DNA of 25,233 nucleotides from Planctomycetota bacterium (GTDB lineage Bacteria; Planctomycetota; UBA11346): NCBI GenBank assembly GCA_038213805.1, contig JBBQSO010000080.1, positions 1 to 25,233 of the forward strand, read 5' to 3'. Shown piece by piece: positions 17,377 to 25,233 of this stretch (position 1 is its first letter; each line of letters starts with the position of its first letter). The notes under the pieces were generated by a model. It saw only the letters and a program-made list of their open reading frames with translations, ran no database searches and was not told where the DNA came from. The position numbers and the translations under genes were made by a program.

Positions 17377-18603
17377 ATGCGCTCCTGCCTGCTCCTGCTC
17401 CTGCTCCTGTGCTGCCCCTGCCTGCGCGCTGGGGAAGGACTGGTCATGGACCTGGTCGTGCGCTACGTGAACGACACCGTGGTCACCGGCTCGGACATCC
17501 GCGTCCGTGCGGCGGAGCGTTTCGAGGACTACACCCGCAAGGGCAAGCCGACGCCGTCCAACCGCCCTGAATCGATCGCCTTCTTCAAGGAGGCGCTGGA
17601 GGACCTCACCGACGAGGAGCTGCTCATCCAATACGGCAAGCAGTTCGCGACCGAGCATAAGATCCAGCTCGTCGACCACGACGCGATCGCCCAGCAGGTC
17701 ATCGAGCAGGCCCGCTCCACCGGCCGGCGCATGACCCTGCGCGAGCAGGCCGAACAACGCAAGCGCCTGGAACGGTTCCGCACCATCCAGGCGGTGCTCG
17801 GCTACTTCGAGAGCCGCAACGCACGCATCACGCCCAACGAGCTCTACGAGGAATACCTGGCGCGCGCGCACAAATACCACCGCCCGGCGCAGGCCAAGGT
17901 CCTGCAGATCCTGTTGCGCCCGAGCGACAAGGCCGAGCGCAAAGAAGTGCGCGGGCAGAAGCTCGCGCTGTTCAAAAATCTGCAGAACGCGGTGGATGCC
18001 GGGCTGCGGGCCATCGTCGAGAGCCGCCTCGACCGCTACCTGGCGGGCTCGACCGAGGAGCAGGACCGGCTCCTTGATGAGACCACCAGCGCGGTCGCGG
18101 CGATGGCCACGCGCACCGACCTGGTGCCCGCCGACCTGCCCCTGGTCGTGACCGCGCGCAAGATCGTCGACCGCCAAGCGGCCTTCCGCGACCAGGACGC
18201 CACCCTCAAGCAGCTCGCCGACATCCGCGCCAAACTCGCGGGCCGCGATGCCACCGCCTTCATGGACCAGGCCAAGGCGTCCAGCCAGGGCCCGAAGGCC
18301 AGCGATGGCGGCGACCTGGGCTGGATCGAACCGGGCACCTACAGCCCGGGATTCGACGCGGTCGCCTTCACCCTCGCACCCGGCACGCTGTCCGAGGTCT
18401 TCTGGAGCGAGGACACCGCCAATTTGCTCTTCGTCACGGAGCGCAAAGAGGCGCGCACCCTGCCCTTCGCCGAGGTCAGCGCAGAGATCGAGACCGAGCT
18501 GTTCGAGGTGCAGCGTGACGAGACCAAGAAGCGCATGGTGGCGATGCTGCGCAGCAAGGCCTCGATCGTGAACGCCATTCCCATCGATCAGGTTGTCGAG
18601 TAG
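17377..18603 (+). CDS. SurA/PrsA-like parvulin-type peptidyl-prolyl isomerase/chaperone
   Basis: Signal peptide; 'VVRYVNDTVVTGSDI', 'LEDLTDEELLIQ', 'SQGPKASDGGDLGWI', 'FDAVAFTLAPGTLSEV'. Alternative start at 17350. Confidence 0.85.
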   Translation: MRSCLLLLLLLCCPCLRAGEGLVMDLVVRYVNDTVVTGSDIRVRAAERFEDYTRKGKPTPSNRPESIAFFKEALEDLTDEELLIQYGKQFATEHKIQLVDHDAIAQQVIEQARSTGRRMTLREQAEQRKRLERFRTIQAVLGYFESRNARITPNELYEEYLARAHKYHRPAQAKVLQILLRPSDKAERKEVRGQKLALFKNLQNAVDAGLRAIVESRLDRYLAGSTEEQDRLLDETTSAVAAMATRTDLVPADLPLVVTARKIVDRQAAFRDQDATLKQLADIRAKLAGRDATAFMDQAKASSQGPKASDGGDLGWIEPGTYSPGFDAVAFTLAPGTLSEVFWSEDTANLLFVTERKEARTLPFAEVSAEIETELFEVQRDETKKRMVAMLRSKASIVNAIPIDQVVE

Positions 18604-18783
18604 ACTCCAGGAAAGGTCTGCGGAGGGCCACGTGGCACGATCTTGGCTTTCGTCTCCTGCGGACCTGCGCGTTTCGACCTGCCTCGCCTCTGGCTGCTCG
18701 CCTTGATTGAATCCATCCTCATTCTCGTCAATGGGTTATATGCCATGACCGGGTCTGTCGACAACCTTCTCGATCACGGGCGT

Positions 18784-18815
18784 GAACCGGTAAGGTTGCC
18801 GGTGGCGTCAGCGTC
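18784..18815 (+). promoter_or_regulatory. Candidate ECF-type autoregulatory promoter
   Basis: GAACC-N17-CGTC (18784-18809), or GTAAGG-N16-CGTC (18790-18815), just upstream of the probable ECF start. Confidence 0.3.
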
Positions 18816-18825
18816 ATCCCAGTCG

Positions 18826-19395
18826 ATGACCACCACGGCCCTGATCGGTGATTTGGCGGCCCTCGCCGGTATCGGCGCAGACGGCAACGCCATGGCTCTG
18901 CTGACCCGCGAGGAAGGTGCGCTGCGGCGCGTCATCCAGCGCTACGTGCGCGACGCCAGTACGGTCGACGACCTCTACCAGGAGGTCAGCCTCAAGGTTC
19001 TGCGCCGTATCGACAGTGTGCGCGAGCCCGCCGCGCTGCGCGGTTGGCTGTTCCAGCTGGCGCGCAATGCCTGCCTCGACTACCTGCGCCGCGAGGACCG
19101 CCGCCAGGCCGGCGCCAGCGATGTGCTTGGCGATCGTCCGGCGCTGGGCGATCTGGGCCGCAATCCTGGCGAGCAGTTCCTGTCGCGTGAGCGCATCAGC
19201 GCAGTGCAGCGTGCGCTTGAACGTCTGCCCGAGAGCCAGCGCGAGGTCATCCGCCTGCGCATCGAGGAAGGTCTCGACCACGAGGCCATCGCCGCGCGCC
19301 TGCACATCAGCCGCCAGGCGGTCGAGGTGCGCCTGTGCCGGGGACGTGCCACCCTCAAGGATCAGCTCGATGAGATCCTGGGGGGTGAGCTGTGA
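18826..19395 (+). CDS. ECF RNA polymerase sigma factor
   Basis: Region 2 'DDLYQEV...LRGWLFQLARNACLDYLRR'; region 4 'LPESQREVIRLR..EGLDHEAIAARL'. Start probably ATG 18826 rather than TTG 18643. Confidence 0.92.
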   Translation: MTTTALIGDLAALAGIGADGNAMALLTREEGALRRVIQRYVRDASTVDDLYQEVSLKVLRRIDSVREPAALRGWLFQLARNACLDYLRREDRRQAGASDVLGDRPALGDLGRNPGEQFLSRERISAVQRALERLPESQREVIRLRIEEGLDHEAIAARLHISRQAVEVRLCRGRATLKDQLDEILGGEL

Positions 19396-19883
19396 ATCCC
19401 TCCGACGCCCAACGCCCGCGCGAGCTGGCCTGCGACGAAGTCGTGCCGCTGCTGCCGATGGTCGCCGATGGCGCAATCGAACCGGCCGCCGACACCCCGC
19501 TGTTCGAGCACCTCGCGCGCTGCACCGATTGCCAGGACCATCTGGCCCGCCTCGATCTGGTCACGCTCGCGCTCGAGCAGGGCCATAGCCTTGCCCCAAC
19601 GACGCCGCGCGCGCTGCGCTTCCGCCTGCCGCTGCCTTTCGCCGCCGCCGCCGCGGGCCTGGCCGTGACCGCCGTGTGGCTGGGTTTCGCGCCCAGCGAG
19701 ACCAGCGCCACCGCCCTGCCCGTGACGCAGGTCTTCCAGGTGCCCGGCTCGAATGCGAAGCACCCGGTCTACGTGGTGATCAGCGGCGGACAGGCCACGG
19801 TCGTCGATCCCGCCGCCGACGGCGCCGCAGGTGCGGAACGCCCCGCGCAGGTGCAGGCCGTTGGGAACAAGCTCATCCAGTAG
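19392..19883 (+). CDS. Zinc-binding (ZAS/zf-HC2) membrane-anchored anti-sigma factor
   Basis: 'C..V...L' followed by HxxxCxxC ('HLARCTDC'), then a TM helix; GTGA overlap with the sigma gene. Confidence 0.85.
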   Translation: MNPSDAQRPRELACDEVVPLLPMVADGAIEPAADTPLFEHLARCTDCQDHLARLDLVTLALEQGHSLAPTTPRALRFRLPLPFAAAAAGLAVTAVWLGFAPSETSATALPVTQVFQVPGSNAKHPVYVVISGGQATVVDPAADGAAGAERPAQVQAVGNKLIQ

Positions 19884-19913
19884 GTCGCGGGGCGCGGCGC
19901 ACCGCTGCGCGCA

Positions 19914-21458
19914 TCACGCCCGGATGCGATCCTCGAACGCCGCAAGTGCGGTCTTGGCCCCCTCACCGATGGCGATGGCGATCTGCTTGTAGGGCGTGGT
20001 GGTGACATCGCCGGCAGCGTAGATCCCGGAGCGGGAGGTGCGCCCGCGCGCGTCGACGACGATCTCGCCGGCGCGGTTGGTCTCGACCAGGTCCTTGACC
20101 ATGCTCGAATTGGGCGACAGGCCGATCTGCACGAAGACGCCATCGAGGGCCTTCTCCAGCTGCTCCTTGCTGGCCTTGTCCTCCCAGCGCAGGGCGGTGA
20201 CCCGGCTGCCGTCGCCGACCACGGCGGTGGTGCGCGCGCGGGTGACCACGGTGACGTTGGGCAGGCTGCGCAGGCGGCGTTGCAGCACGGCGTCGGCCTT
20301 GAGCTGCTCGCCATACTCGAAGAGCGTGACCTCGCTGCAGATGCCGGCGAGGTCGATGGCCGCCTCGGCGCCGGAGTTGCCGCCGCCCACCACCGCGACG
20401 CGGCGGCCCTTGTAGAACGGCCCGTCGCAGTGCGGGCAGAAGGCCACGCCATGACCGAGGTGCTCGCGCTCGCCGGGCACGCCCAGCTCGCGCCACTTCG
20501 CACCCGTGGCGATGATCAGCTGCGCGGCGCGCACGCGCTCGCCACCCCTCAGGCGCAGCTCCTTCAAGTCGCCATCGATGACTTCGTCGACCGAACGGTT
20601 GTCGAGCACCTCGACGCCCGCCGCAGCGAGGTGGCTGCGCAGGTCGGCGGCGAGCTTGGGCCCTTCGGTGTAGGCCACCGACACCAGGTTCTCGATGCCC
20701 AGGGTGTCGCGCAGCTGGCCGCCGATGCGGCTGGCGACCAGCGCGACCTTCAGACCCTTGCGCGCACTGTAGATCGCCGCGGCGGCGCCGGCCGGGCCGC
20801 CGCCGATGATCAACTGGTCGAAGTCGCGCACGGTCTGCGCTTCCACCTCCACGCCGCCGCTGCCGACCTTCTCCTCGAGGGTCTCGAGCAGCCCGGCGAG
20901 GTCGGCCTTGCCGACGTGCAGCAGGGTGTCGCCGGCGAACACCGCGGGCACGCCCTGGATGCCGAGGCGCTCGACCTCGTCCTGGGCGAGCGCGCCGTCC
21001 CACATCTCGTGCTGGAAGTCGGCATGCACGAGCGCCATCTGGTTGAGCGCCTGGACCACGTCCGGGCAGTTGGTGCATTCGAGGCTGACGAAGGTGCGCA
21101 GGCGCACCGGCCCGCGCAATGCGCGGATGCGCGCCTGGATGCCGGCATCGGGCAGGCGCCCCAGGCCGCCGGCGTTGAGCAGGGCGAGCACCAGCGAGCT
21201 GAACTCATGGCCACCGGGCACACCGCGGAAGGCCACACCGGTCGGCGAGCCGTCCTTCACCAGCGTGCAGCGTGGCGCCGGTGAGGGTTGTCCGGCTTCG
21301 ATGAGGTGGATGCGTGGGCTGGCCGCGGCGAGACCCGCGAGCAGGTCGCGCAGTTCGGCGTGCGCAGGTTGGTCGCCGGGGGCGCTGACCAGGGTCAGCT
21401 CGGCCTGCAGCGGCGCGAAGACGGTGGTCAGCTGGGCGAGGAGATCGGGGTCGAGCAT
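19914..21458 (-). CDS. ahpF: Alkyl hydroperoxide reductase subunit F
   Basis: 'MLDPDLLAQL', 'GHEFSSLVLALL', 'CTNC', 'GGGPAG', 'CPHCDGP', 'GGGNSG'. Start ATG 21458. Confidence 0.96.
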   Translation of the reverse strand: MLDPDLLAQLTTVFAPLQAELTLVSAPGDQPAHAELRDLLAGLAAASPRIHLIEAGQPSPAPRCTLVKDGSPTGVAFRGVPGGHEFSSLVLALLNAGGLGRLPDAGIQARIRALRGPVRLRTFVSLECTNCPDVVQALNQMALVHADFQHEMWDGALAQDEVERLGIQGVPAVFAGDTLLHVGKADLAGLLETLEEKVGSGGVEVEAQTVRDFDQLIIGGGPAGAAAAIYSARKGLKVALVASRIGGQLRDTLGIENLVSVAYTEGPKLAADLRSHLAAAGVEVLDNRSVDEVIDGDLKELRLRGGERVRAAQLIIATGAKWRELGVPGEREHLGHGVAFCPHCDGPFYKGRRVAVVGGGNSGAEAAIDLAGICSEVTLFEYGEQLKADAVLQRRLRSLPNVTVVTRARTTAVVGDGSRVTALRWEDKASKEQLEKALDGVFVQIGLSPNSSMVKDLVETNRAGEIVVDARGRTSRSGIYAAGDVTTTPYKQIAIAIGEGAKTALAAFEDRIRA

Positions 21459-21568
21459 GGGGCACCGTGGGGAAATTGGGGGAGGCGCGAGGCGCGAGCC
21501 TGCGCAGATGCCGTGCGCCGCGCGGTCCGCTGGCGGTTCCTGCGCGTCGCTGCGGCGAAAGCCGGCGG

Positions 21569-21598
21569 GCGCCGACCCGCACATGGGCGGGTCGGCGC
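21569..21598 (-). terminator. Intergenic ahpC-ahpF stem-loop
   Basis: Perfect 12-bp stem GCGCCGACCCGC/GCGGGTCGGCGC, 6 nt after the ahpC stop. Confidence 0.55.
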
Positions 21599-21604
21599 GG
21601 CGGT

Positions 21605-22168
21605 TCAGATCTTCCCGACCAGGTCCAGGCCGGGCTTCAGCGTGGCGGAGCCCGGTTTCCACTTGGCGGGGCAGACCTCGCCGGGGTGGCTGGCGACGAA
21701 CTGCGCGGCTTGGATCTTGCGCAGCAGCTCCTCGGCGTTGCGGCCGATGCCATTGTCGTGGATCTCGGCGATCTTGATGCGGCCGTCGGGTGCGACCACG
21801 AAGGTGCCGCGGTAGGCCAGGCCCTCCTCCTCGATGTGCACGCCGAAGCCGCGCGTCAGCGTGCCGGTCGGATCGGCGAGCATCGGATAGGTGACCTTCT
21901 TGATGGTCTCGGAGGTATCGTGCCAGGCTTTATGCACGAAGTGCGTATCGGTGCTGACGCCATAGACCTCGACGCCCATCTTCTGGAGCGCGGGATATTT
22001 CTCCGCGAGATCGGCGAGCTCGGTCGGGCAGACGAAGGTGAAATCGGCGGGGTAGAAGAAGAATACCGCCCATTTTCCCGTGATATCGGCGTTGCTGATG
22101 GTTTTGAAGGTGTCCTGGTGGTAGGCCTGCACGCTGAACGCGGGCACGGTGCTGTTGATGATGGGCAT
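21605..22168 (-). CDS. ahpC: Alkyl hydroperoxide reductase subunit C (2-Cys peroxiredoxin)
   Basis: 'FFYPADFTFVCPTE', 'GEVCPAKW'; AAGGA RBS before ATG 22168. Confidence 0.97.
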   Translation of the reverse strand: MPIINSTVPAFSVQAYHQDTFKTISNADITGKWAVFFFYPADFTFVCPTELADLAEKYPALQKMGVEVYGVSTDTHFVHKAWHDTSETIKKVTYPMLADPTGTLTRGFGVHIEEEGLAYRGTFVVAPDGRIKIAEIHDNGIGRNAEELLRKIQAAQFVASHPGEVCPAKWKPGSATLKPGLDLVGKI

Positions 22169-22213
22169 GGCTGGTTCCTTGGTTGGCGGTGATGCGCGGC
22201 GCTTGCGACGGTC

Positions 22214-22278
22214 ACCATATGTCGCGGGTCCGACCCTCCCAATCGGGCCTGACGATGAGCGCAATAGAGCGCGTCGAT
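22214..22278 (-). promoter_or_regulatory. ahpC promoter with abutting OxyR-type four-tetramer site
   Basis: + strand ATCG-N7-CGAT-N7-ATAG-N7-CGAT (22242-22278); minus strand TTGGGA-N17-TATGGT (22242-22214). Confidence 0.65.
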
Positions 22279-22374
22279 GACCGCGCGCGAACATTCCTGC
22301 ACGCGTCGTAGCGAATCATCTGGCGATTTCATCGCGTGTGCGTCTACTGCCGTCTCACCCATACAAGGAAATTC

Positions 22375-22566
22375 ATGCCCTCCAGCATCGCACTCAGCAA
22401 GAAGATCGCCTCCCTCAAGGCCAAGGCCACCGCCACCCGCGGCAAGATCGCCGCCCTCAAGCCCATGCTCGCCGCCGCCAAGGCCGCCGACAAGGTCAAG
22501 AAGGCCGCCAGCAAGGGCAAGGGCAAGAAGGTCGCCAAGAAGGCCAAGAAGGCCGTCAAGAAGTAG
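22375..22566 (+). CDS. Small Lys/Ala-rich histone H1-like basic protein (63 aa)
   Basis: AAGGA RBS, ATG 22375; 20 Lys, 17 Ala and 1 acidic residue; strong AAG/GCC codon bias; own terminator. Confidence 0.8.
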   Translation: MPSSIALSKKIASLKAKATATRGKIAALKPMLAAAKAADKVKKAASKGKGKKVAKKAKKAVKK

Positions 22567-22616
22567 AGATCTGCCTGCCGGTCGCGCCCTCCGGGACGCG
22601 GCCGCTGCCGATTCGG

Positions 22617-22650
22617 AGCCCATGCTGCCCTCGCGGTGGCATGGGTTTTT
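22617..22650 (+). terminator. Intrinsic terminator
   Basis: CCCATGCTGCC-CTCGC-GGTGGCATGGG followed by TTTTT. Confidence 0.75.
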
Positions 22651-22668
22651 CCGTTTCTGCGCGTCGGC

Positions 22669-24084
22669 TCAGCCGGGCCGCCAACGTTCCGCGACGGCCT
22701 CCGCCTGCGCGGCGAGGTCGGGGATGCCGACGCCTTCGTAGCCGTTGCCGACTAGGGCGAGGCCGGGGATTGCCCGCTCGCCGGCGCGGATGGCGCGCAC
22801 GCGCGCCTCGTGACCAAGCACGTACTGGGCCATGGCCTGCGGCCAGCGGTGCACGGTGGCGAAGCGCGGCTCACCGACCACGCCGAGCAGGTCGCGCAGA
22901 TCGGCGAGCAGGCGCGCGACCAGCGAGGCGTCATCAAGGGCCAGGACCTCGGGGCGCAGCGCGCCGCCGGCGAAGGCGCGCAGCAGGACGGTACCGGCGG
23001 GGACGCGCCCGGCGTACTTCTGATCGGCGAAGGTGCAGGCGATGATGGTGCGGCCCTCGACCGCGGGCACCACGAAGCCGGCGGCGCGCGGCAGGCGCGC
23101 GATCTGCTCTGCGGCGAAGGCGAGGTTGACGGTCGCGACGCCGGCATAGGGGATGGCCGCGAGTTCTCCGGCGAGCTCCGTGGCGAACGGCGCGAGGAGC
23201 GGCGCGGCGCGGTGCGCGGGACCCGCGAGCACCACCCGTTCGGCGACCAGCGCGGAGCCGTCGGCGAGGGTCGCGGTGAAGCCGTCGTCGGCGCGGCGCG
23301 TCAGCGCGGTGACGCGCGCGCCCAGGCGCAGGTCGAGATCGGCAAGCTGCGCGGCGAGCGCGTCGGTGAGGCGCTGCAGGCCCCCGCGCAGGGTGACGAA
23401 CAGGCCGTAGCGCGGACCGCTGGCCGCGGCGAGTTCCGCGCCCGCCGCCTCGCGGCTGCGCGCGCGCATCGCCAGGATCAGCGAACGGTGCTCCTGCTCC
23501 ATGGCCAGGAACTGCGGCATGGTCGCGCGCAGGCTGAGCCGTTCGGGATCGGCGGTGTAGATGCCGCCGACCAGCGGCTGGGCGATGCGCGCCAGGGCCT
23601 CGCGGCCGAGGCGGCGGCGCACGAAGGCGGCGAGCGATTCCTCGGGCGCGTCCGCAGCGCGCCGTGGCAGCAGCAGGTCGAGCGCCATGCGCAGCTTGCC
23701 CGGCCAGCTCAGCAGCGGCGAGGCCAGGAAGGGCAGCAGCCGCCCCGGCGCGAGCAGATAGAGGCCCTCAGGGACCGGCAGCAGGCGGTCGCCGCGCGCG
23801 ATCAGGCTGCGCCGGGCCTCCGCACTGGTGGCCTGCAACTCGCCGTCGAGGCCGAGGTCGGTGATCAGGCGCATGCCCGCCGGCTTGGTGCGGATGATCG
23901 AATCGGGGCCGTGCTCAAGCACGCAGCCGTCGTGCACGCTCGACTGGATCACGCCACCCCAGCGCGCGCCGGCCTCAAGCACGGTGATGGCGGGGGTCTC
24001 ACCGCGCGCGCGCGCGCTTTCACGCAGGCGGAAGGCCGTGGCGAGACCGCCGATGCCGCCGCCGATGATCAGTGTGGCCGTCAC
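22669..24084 (-). CDS. hemG: HemY/HemG-type FAD-dependent proto/coproporphyrinogen oxidase
   Basis: 'IIGGGIGGL', 'EHGPDS', 'PLVGGIYTADPERLS', 'QYVLGH', 'GNGYEGVGIPD'; directly downstream of hemE. Confidence 0.93.
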   Translation of the reverse strand: MTATLIIGGGIGGLATAFRLRESARARGETPAITVLEAGARWGGVIQSSVHDGCVLEHGPDSIIRTKPAGMRLITDLGLDGELQATSAEARRSLIARGDRLLPVPEGLYLLAPGRLLPFLASPLLSWPGKLRMALDLLLPRRAADAPEESLAAFVRRRLGREALARIAQPLVGGIYTADPERLSLRATMPQFLAMEQEHRSLILAMRARSREAAGAELAAASGPRYGLFVTLRGGLQRLTDALAAQLADLDLRLGARVTALTRRADDGFTATLADGSALVAERVVLAGPAHRAAPLLAPFATELAGELAAIPYAGVATVNLAFAAEQIARLPRAAGFVVPAVEGRTIIACTFADQKYAGRVPAGTVLLRAFAGGALRPEVLALDDASLVARLLADLRDLLGVVGEPRFATVHRWPQAMAQYVLGHEARVRAIRAGERAIPGLALVGNGYEGVGIPDLAAQAEAVAERWRPG

Positions 24085-24091
24085 GCCACCC

Positions 24092-25195
24092 TCAGGCGCG
24101 TGCCTGCCGGTCGGACGCCGCGTGCACGTGCGCGACCAACGCCTTCGCCTGCTCGGGATCGGTCTCCTTGAGCACGCCGTGGCCCAGATTGAAGATGTGG
24201 CCAGGCCGGCCGCCAGCGGCGGTGAGCACCGCGTCGGCGCCCGCCAGCAGGCGCGCGCGCGGGGCGAGCAGCAGGCAGGGGTCGAGGTTGCCCTGCACGG
24301 AGATGCGACCCGGGCCGCCGCAGCGCTCCCAGGCCGGCGCCAATTCGGTCACGCTGTCGACGCCGATGACGTCGGCGCCACAGGCTGCGATGAGTTCGAC
24401 CAGGTGACCCGTGTCGGTGCCGAACAGGATCACCGGGATGCCGGCGGGGATGCCGGCGACCAGCGCGGTGAGATGGGGCGCGACGAATTCCAGGAAGTCG
24501 GCGCGGGTCAGCGTGCCCACCCAGCTGTCGAAGACCTGCACGCAGCTCGCGCCGGCGGCGATCTGCGCCCCCAGATAGGGGATCAGCGCCTCGACCAGGC
24601 GCGCGAGCAGGCGGTGCCAGGCGGCGCTCTCCTGGTACATGAAGGCGCGCGTGCTGGCGAACTGGCGGCTTGAGCCACCTTCGATCGCGTAGGCGGCGAG
24701 CGTGAAGGGGGCGCCGCAGAAGCCGATCAGCGGGATGTCGTTGGGCAGGCCGCGCACGGTGAGACGGATGGCCTCGCTGACGTAGGCGAGGTCGGCCGCC
24801 GCCTGGGCGCCGGAGCGCAGCGCGTCGACCGCCGCCGGGGTGCGGATGGCCTTGGGCAGCGACGGGCCGTCGCCGGCGACGAATTCCAGCGGCAGGCCGA
24901 GCGCCTCGAGCACCACCAGGATGTCGCTGAAGACGATCGCCGCGTCGACGCCCAGCCATGAGCGCGCATGCAGCGCGACCTCGGCGCAGCGCGCCTGATC
25001 CTTGCACAGGTCGAGGAAGGAGCCGCCGGCGCGGATGCCGCGGTAGTGCTCCATGTAGCGGCCGGCCTGCCGCATCAGCCAGATCGGCGTGCGCGGCGTC
25101 GCTTCGCCGCGGCAGGCGCGCAGGAAGACGCTGTCCCAGAGGGACGCGGGCAGCCCGAGCGTGTTTCCGGCGCGGCGGATTCCCGTGCGGGGCAT
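24092..25195 (-). CDS. hemE: Uroporphyrinogen decarboxylase
   Basis: 'PIWLMRQAGRY', 'DAAIVFSDIL', 'LIGFCGAPFTLAAYAIEG', 'VQGNLDP', 'HIFNLGHG'. Start uncertain (25195, 25219 or 25231). Confidence 0.96.
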   Translation of the reverse strand: MPRTGIRRAGNTLGLPASLWDSVFLRACRGEATPRTPIWLMRQAGRYMEHYRGIRAGGSFLDLCKDQARCAEVALHARSWLGVDAAIVFSDILVVLEALGLPLEFVAGDGPSLPKAIRTPAAVDALRSGAQAAADLAYVSEAIRLTVRGLPNDIPLIGFCGAPFTLAAYAIEGGSSRQFASTRAFMYQESAAWHRLLARLVEALIPYLGAQIAAGASCVQVFDSWVGTLTRADFLEFVAPHLTALVAGIPAGIPVILFGTDTGHLVELIAACGADVIGVDSVTELAPAWERCGGPGRISVQGNLDPCLLLAPRARLLAGADAVLTAAGGRPGHIFNLGHGVLKETDPEQAKALVAHVHAASDRQARA

Positions 25196-25233
25196 CGACG
25201 GACGGGAGGACGGAGCCATGGACGCAGCCATGG

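Noticed and set aside
18706..18732. ATTGA-N17-TCAAT inverted repeat upstream of the ECF gene (Fur/FNR-like?)
   Set aside because: The spacing matches neither consensus and the arms are too short to be significant.
21459..22294. Extended N-termini given in the ORF track for ahpF and ahpC (also fpr, DUF455, OmpA, ECF)
   Set aside because: Family-typical N-termini and RBSs point to downstream starts; the extensions cross hairpins or promoters.

Overview
High-GC bacterial window; gene families suggest Planctomycetota/PVC (inference only). It has two parts. (1) About 1-7735 is a lower-GC accessory block with a co-oriented six-gene minus-strand cluster of exported or membrane proteins: a secreted Cys-containing protein with an aerolysin/ETX-MTX2-like amphipathic beta-hairpin, a membrane-anchored TPR protein, a DUF1573-type Ig-like protein, an alpha/beta hydrolase, a carboxypeptidase-regulatory-like beta-sandwich protein and an O-antigen-ligase/O-OTase-like membrane protein. 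Its right edge has traces of a decayed tyrosine recombinase and an AT-rich dif/Xer-like 11-6-11 site just after the fpr stop. This cluster is the best candidate for an undescribed system. (2) 7736-25233 looks like core genome: fpr, zwf, an extended cold-shock protein, a GyrI-like protein, a peptidoglycan amidase, an esterase, a DUF455 ferritin-like protein, an HTH-TM protein, an OmpA/MotB lipoprotein, a SurA-like PPIase, an ECF sigma/ZAS anti-sigma pair, ahpCF with a well-spaced OxyR-type box, a histone H1-like small protein, hemG(hemY) and hemE. All calls come from motif recognition by eye; no database searches were run.
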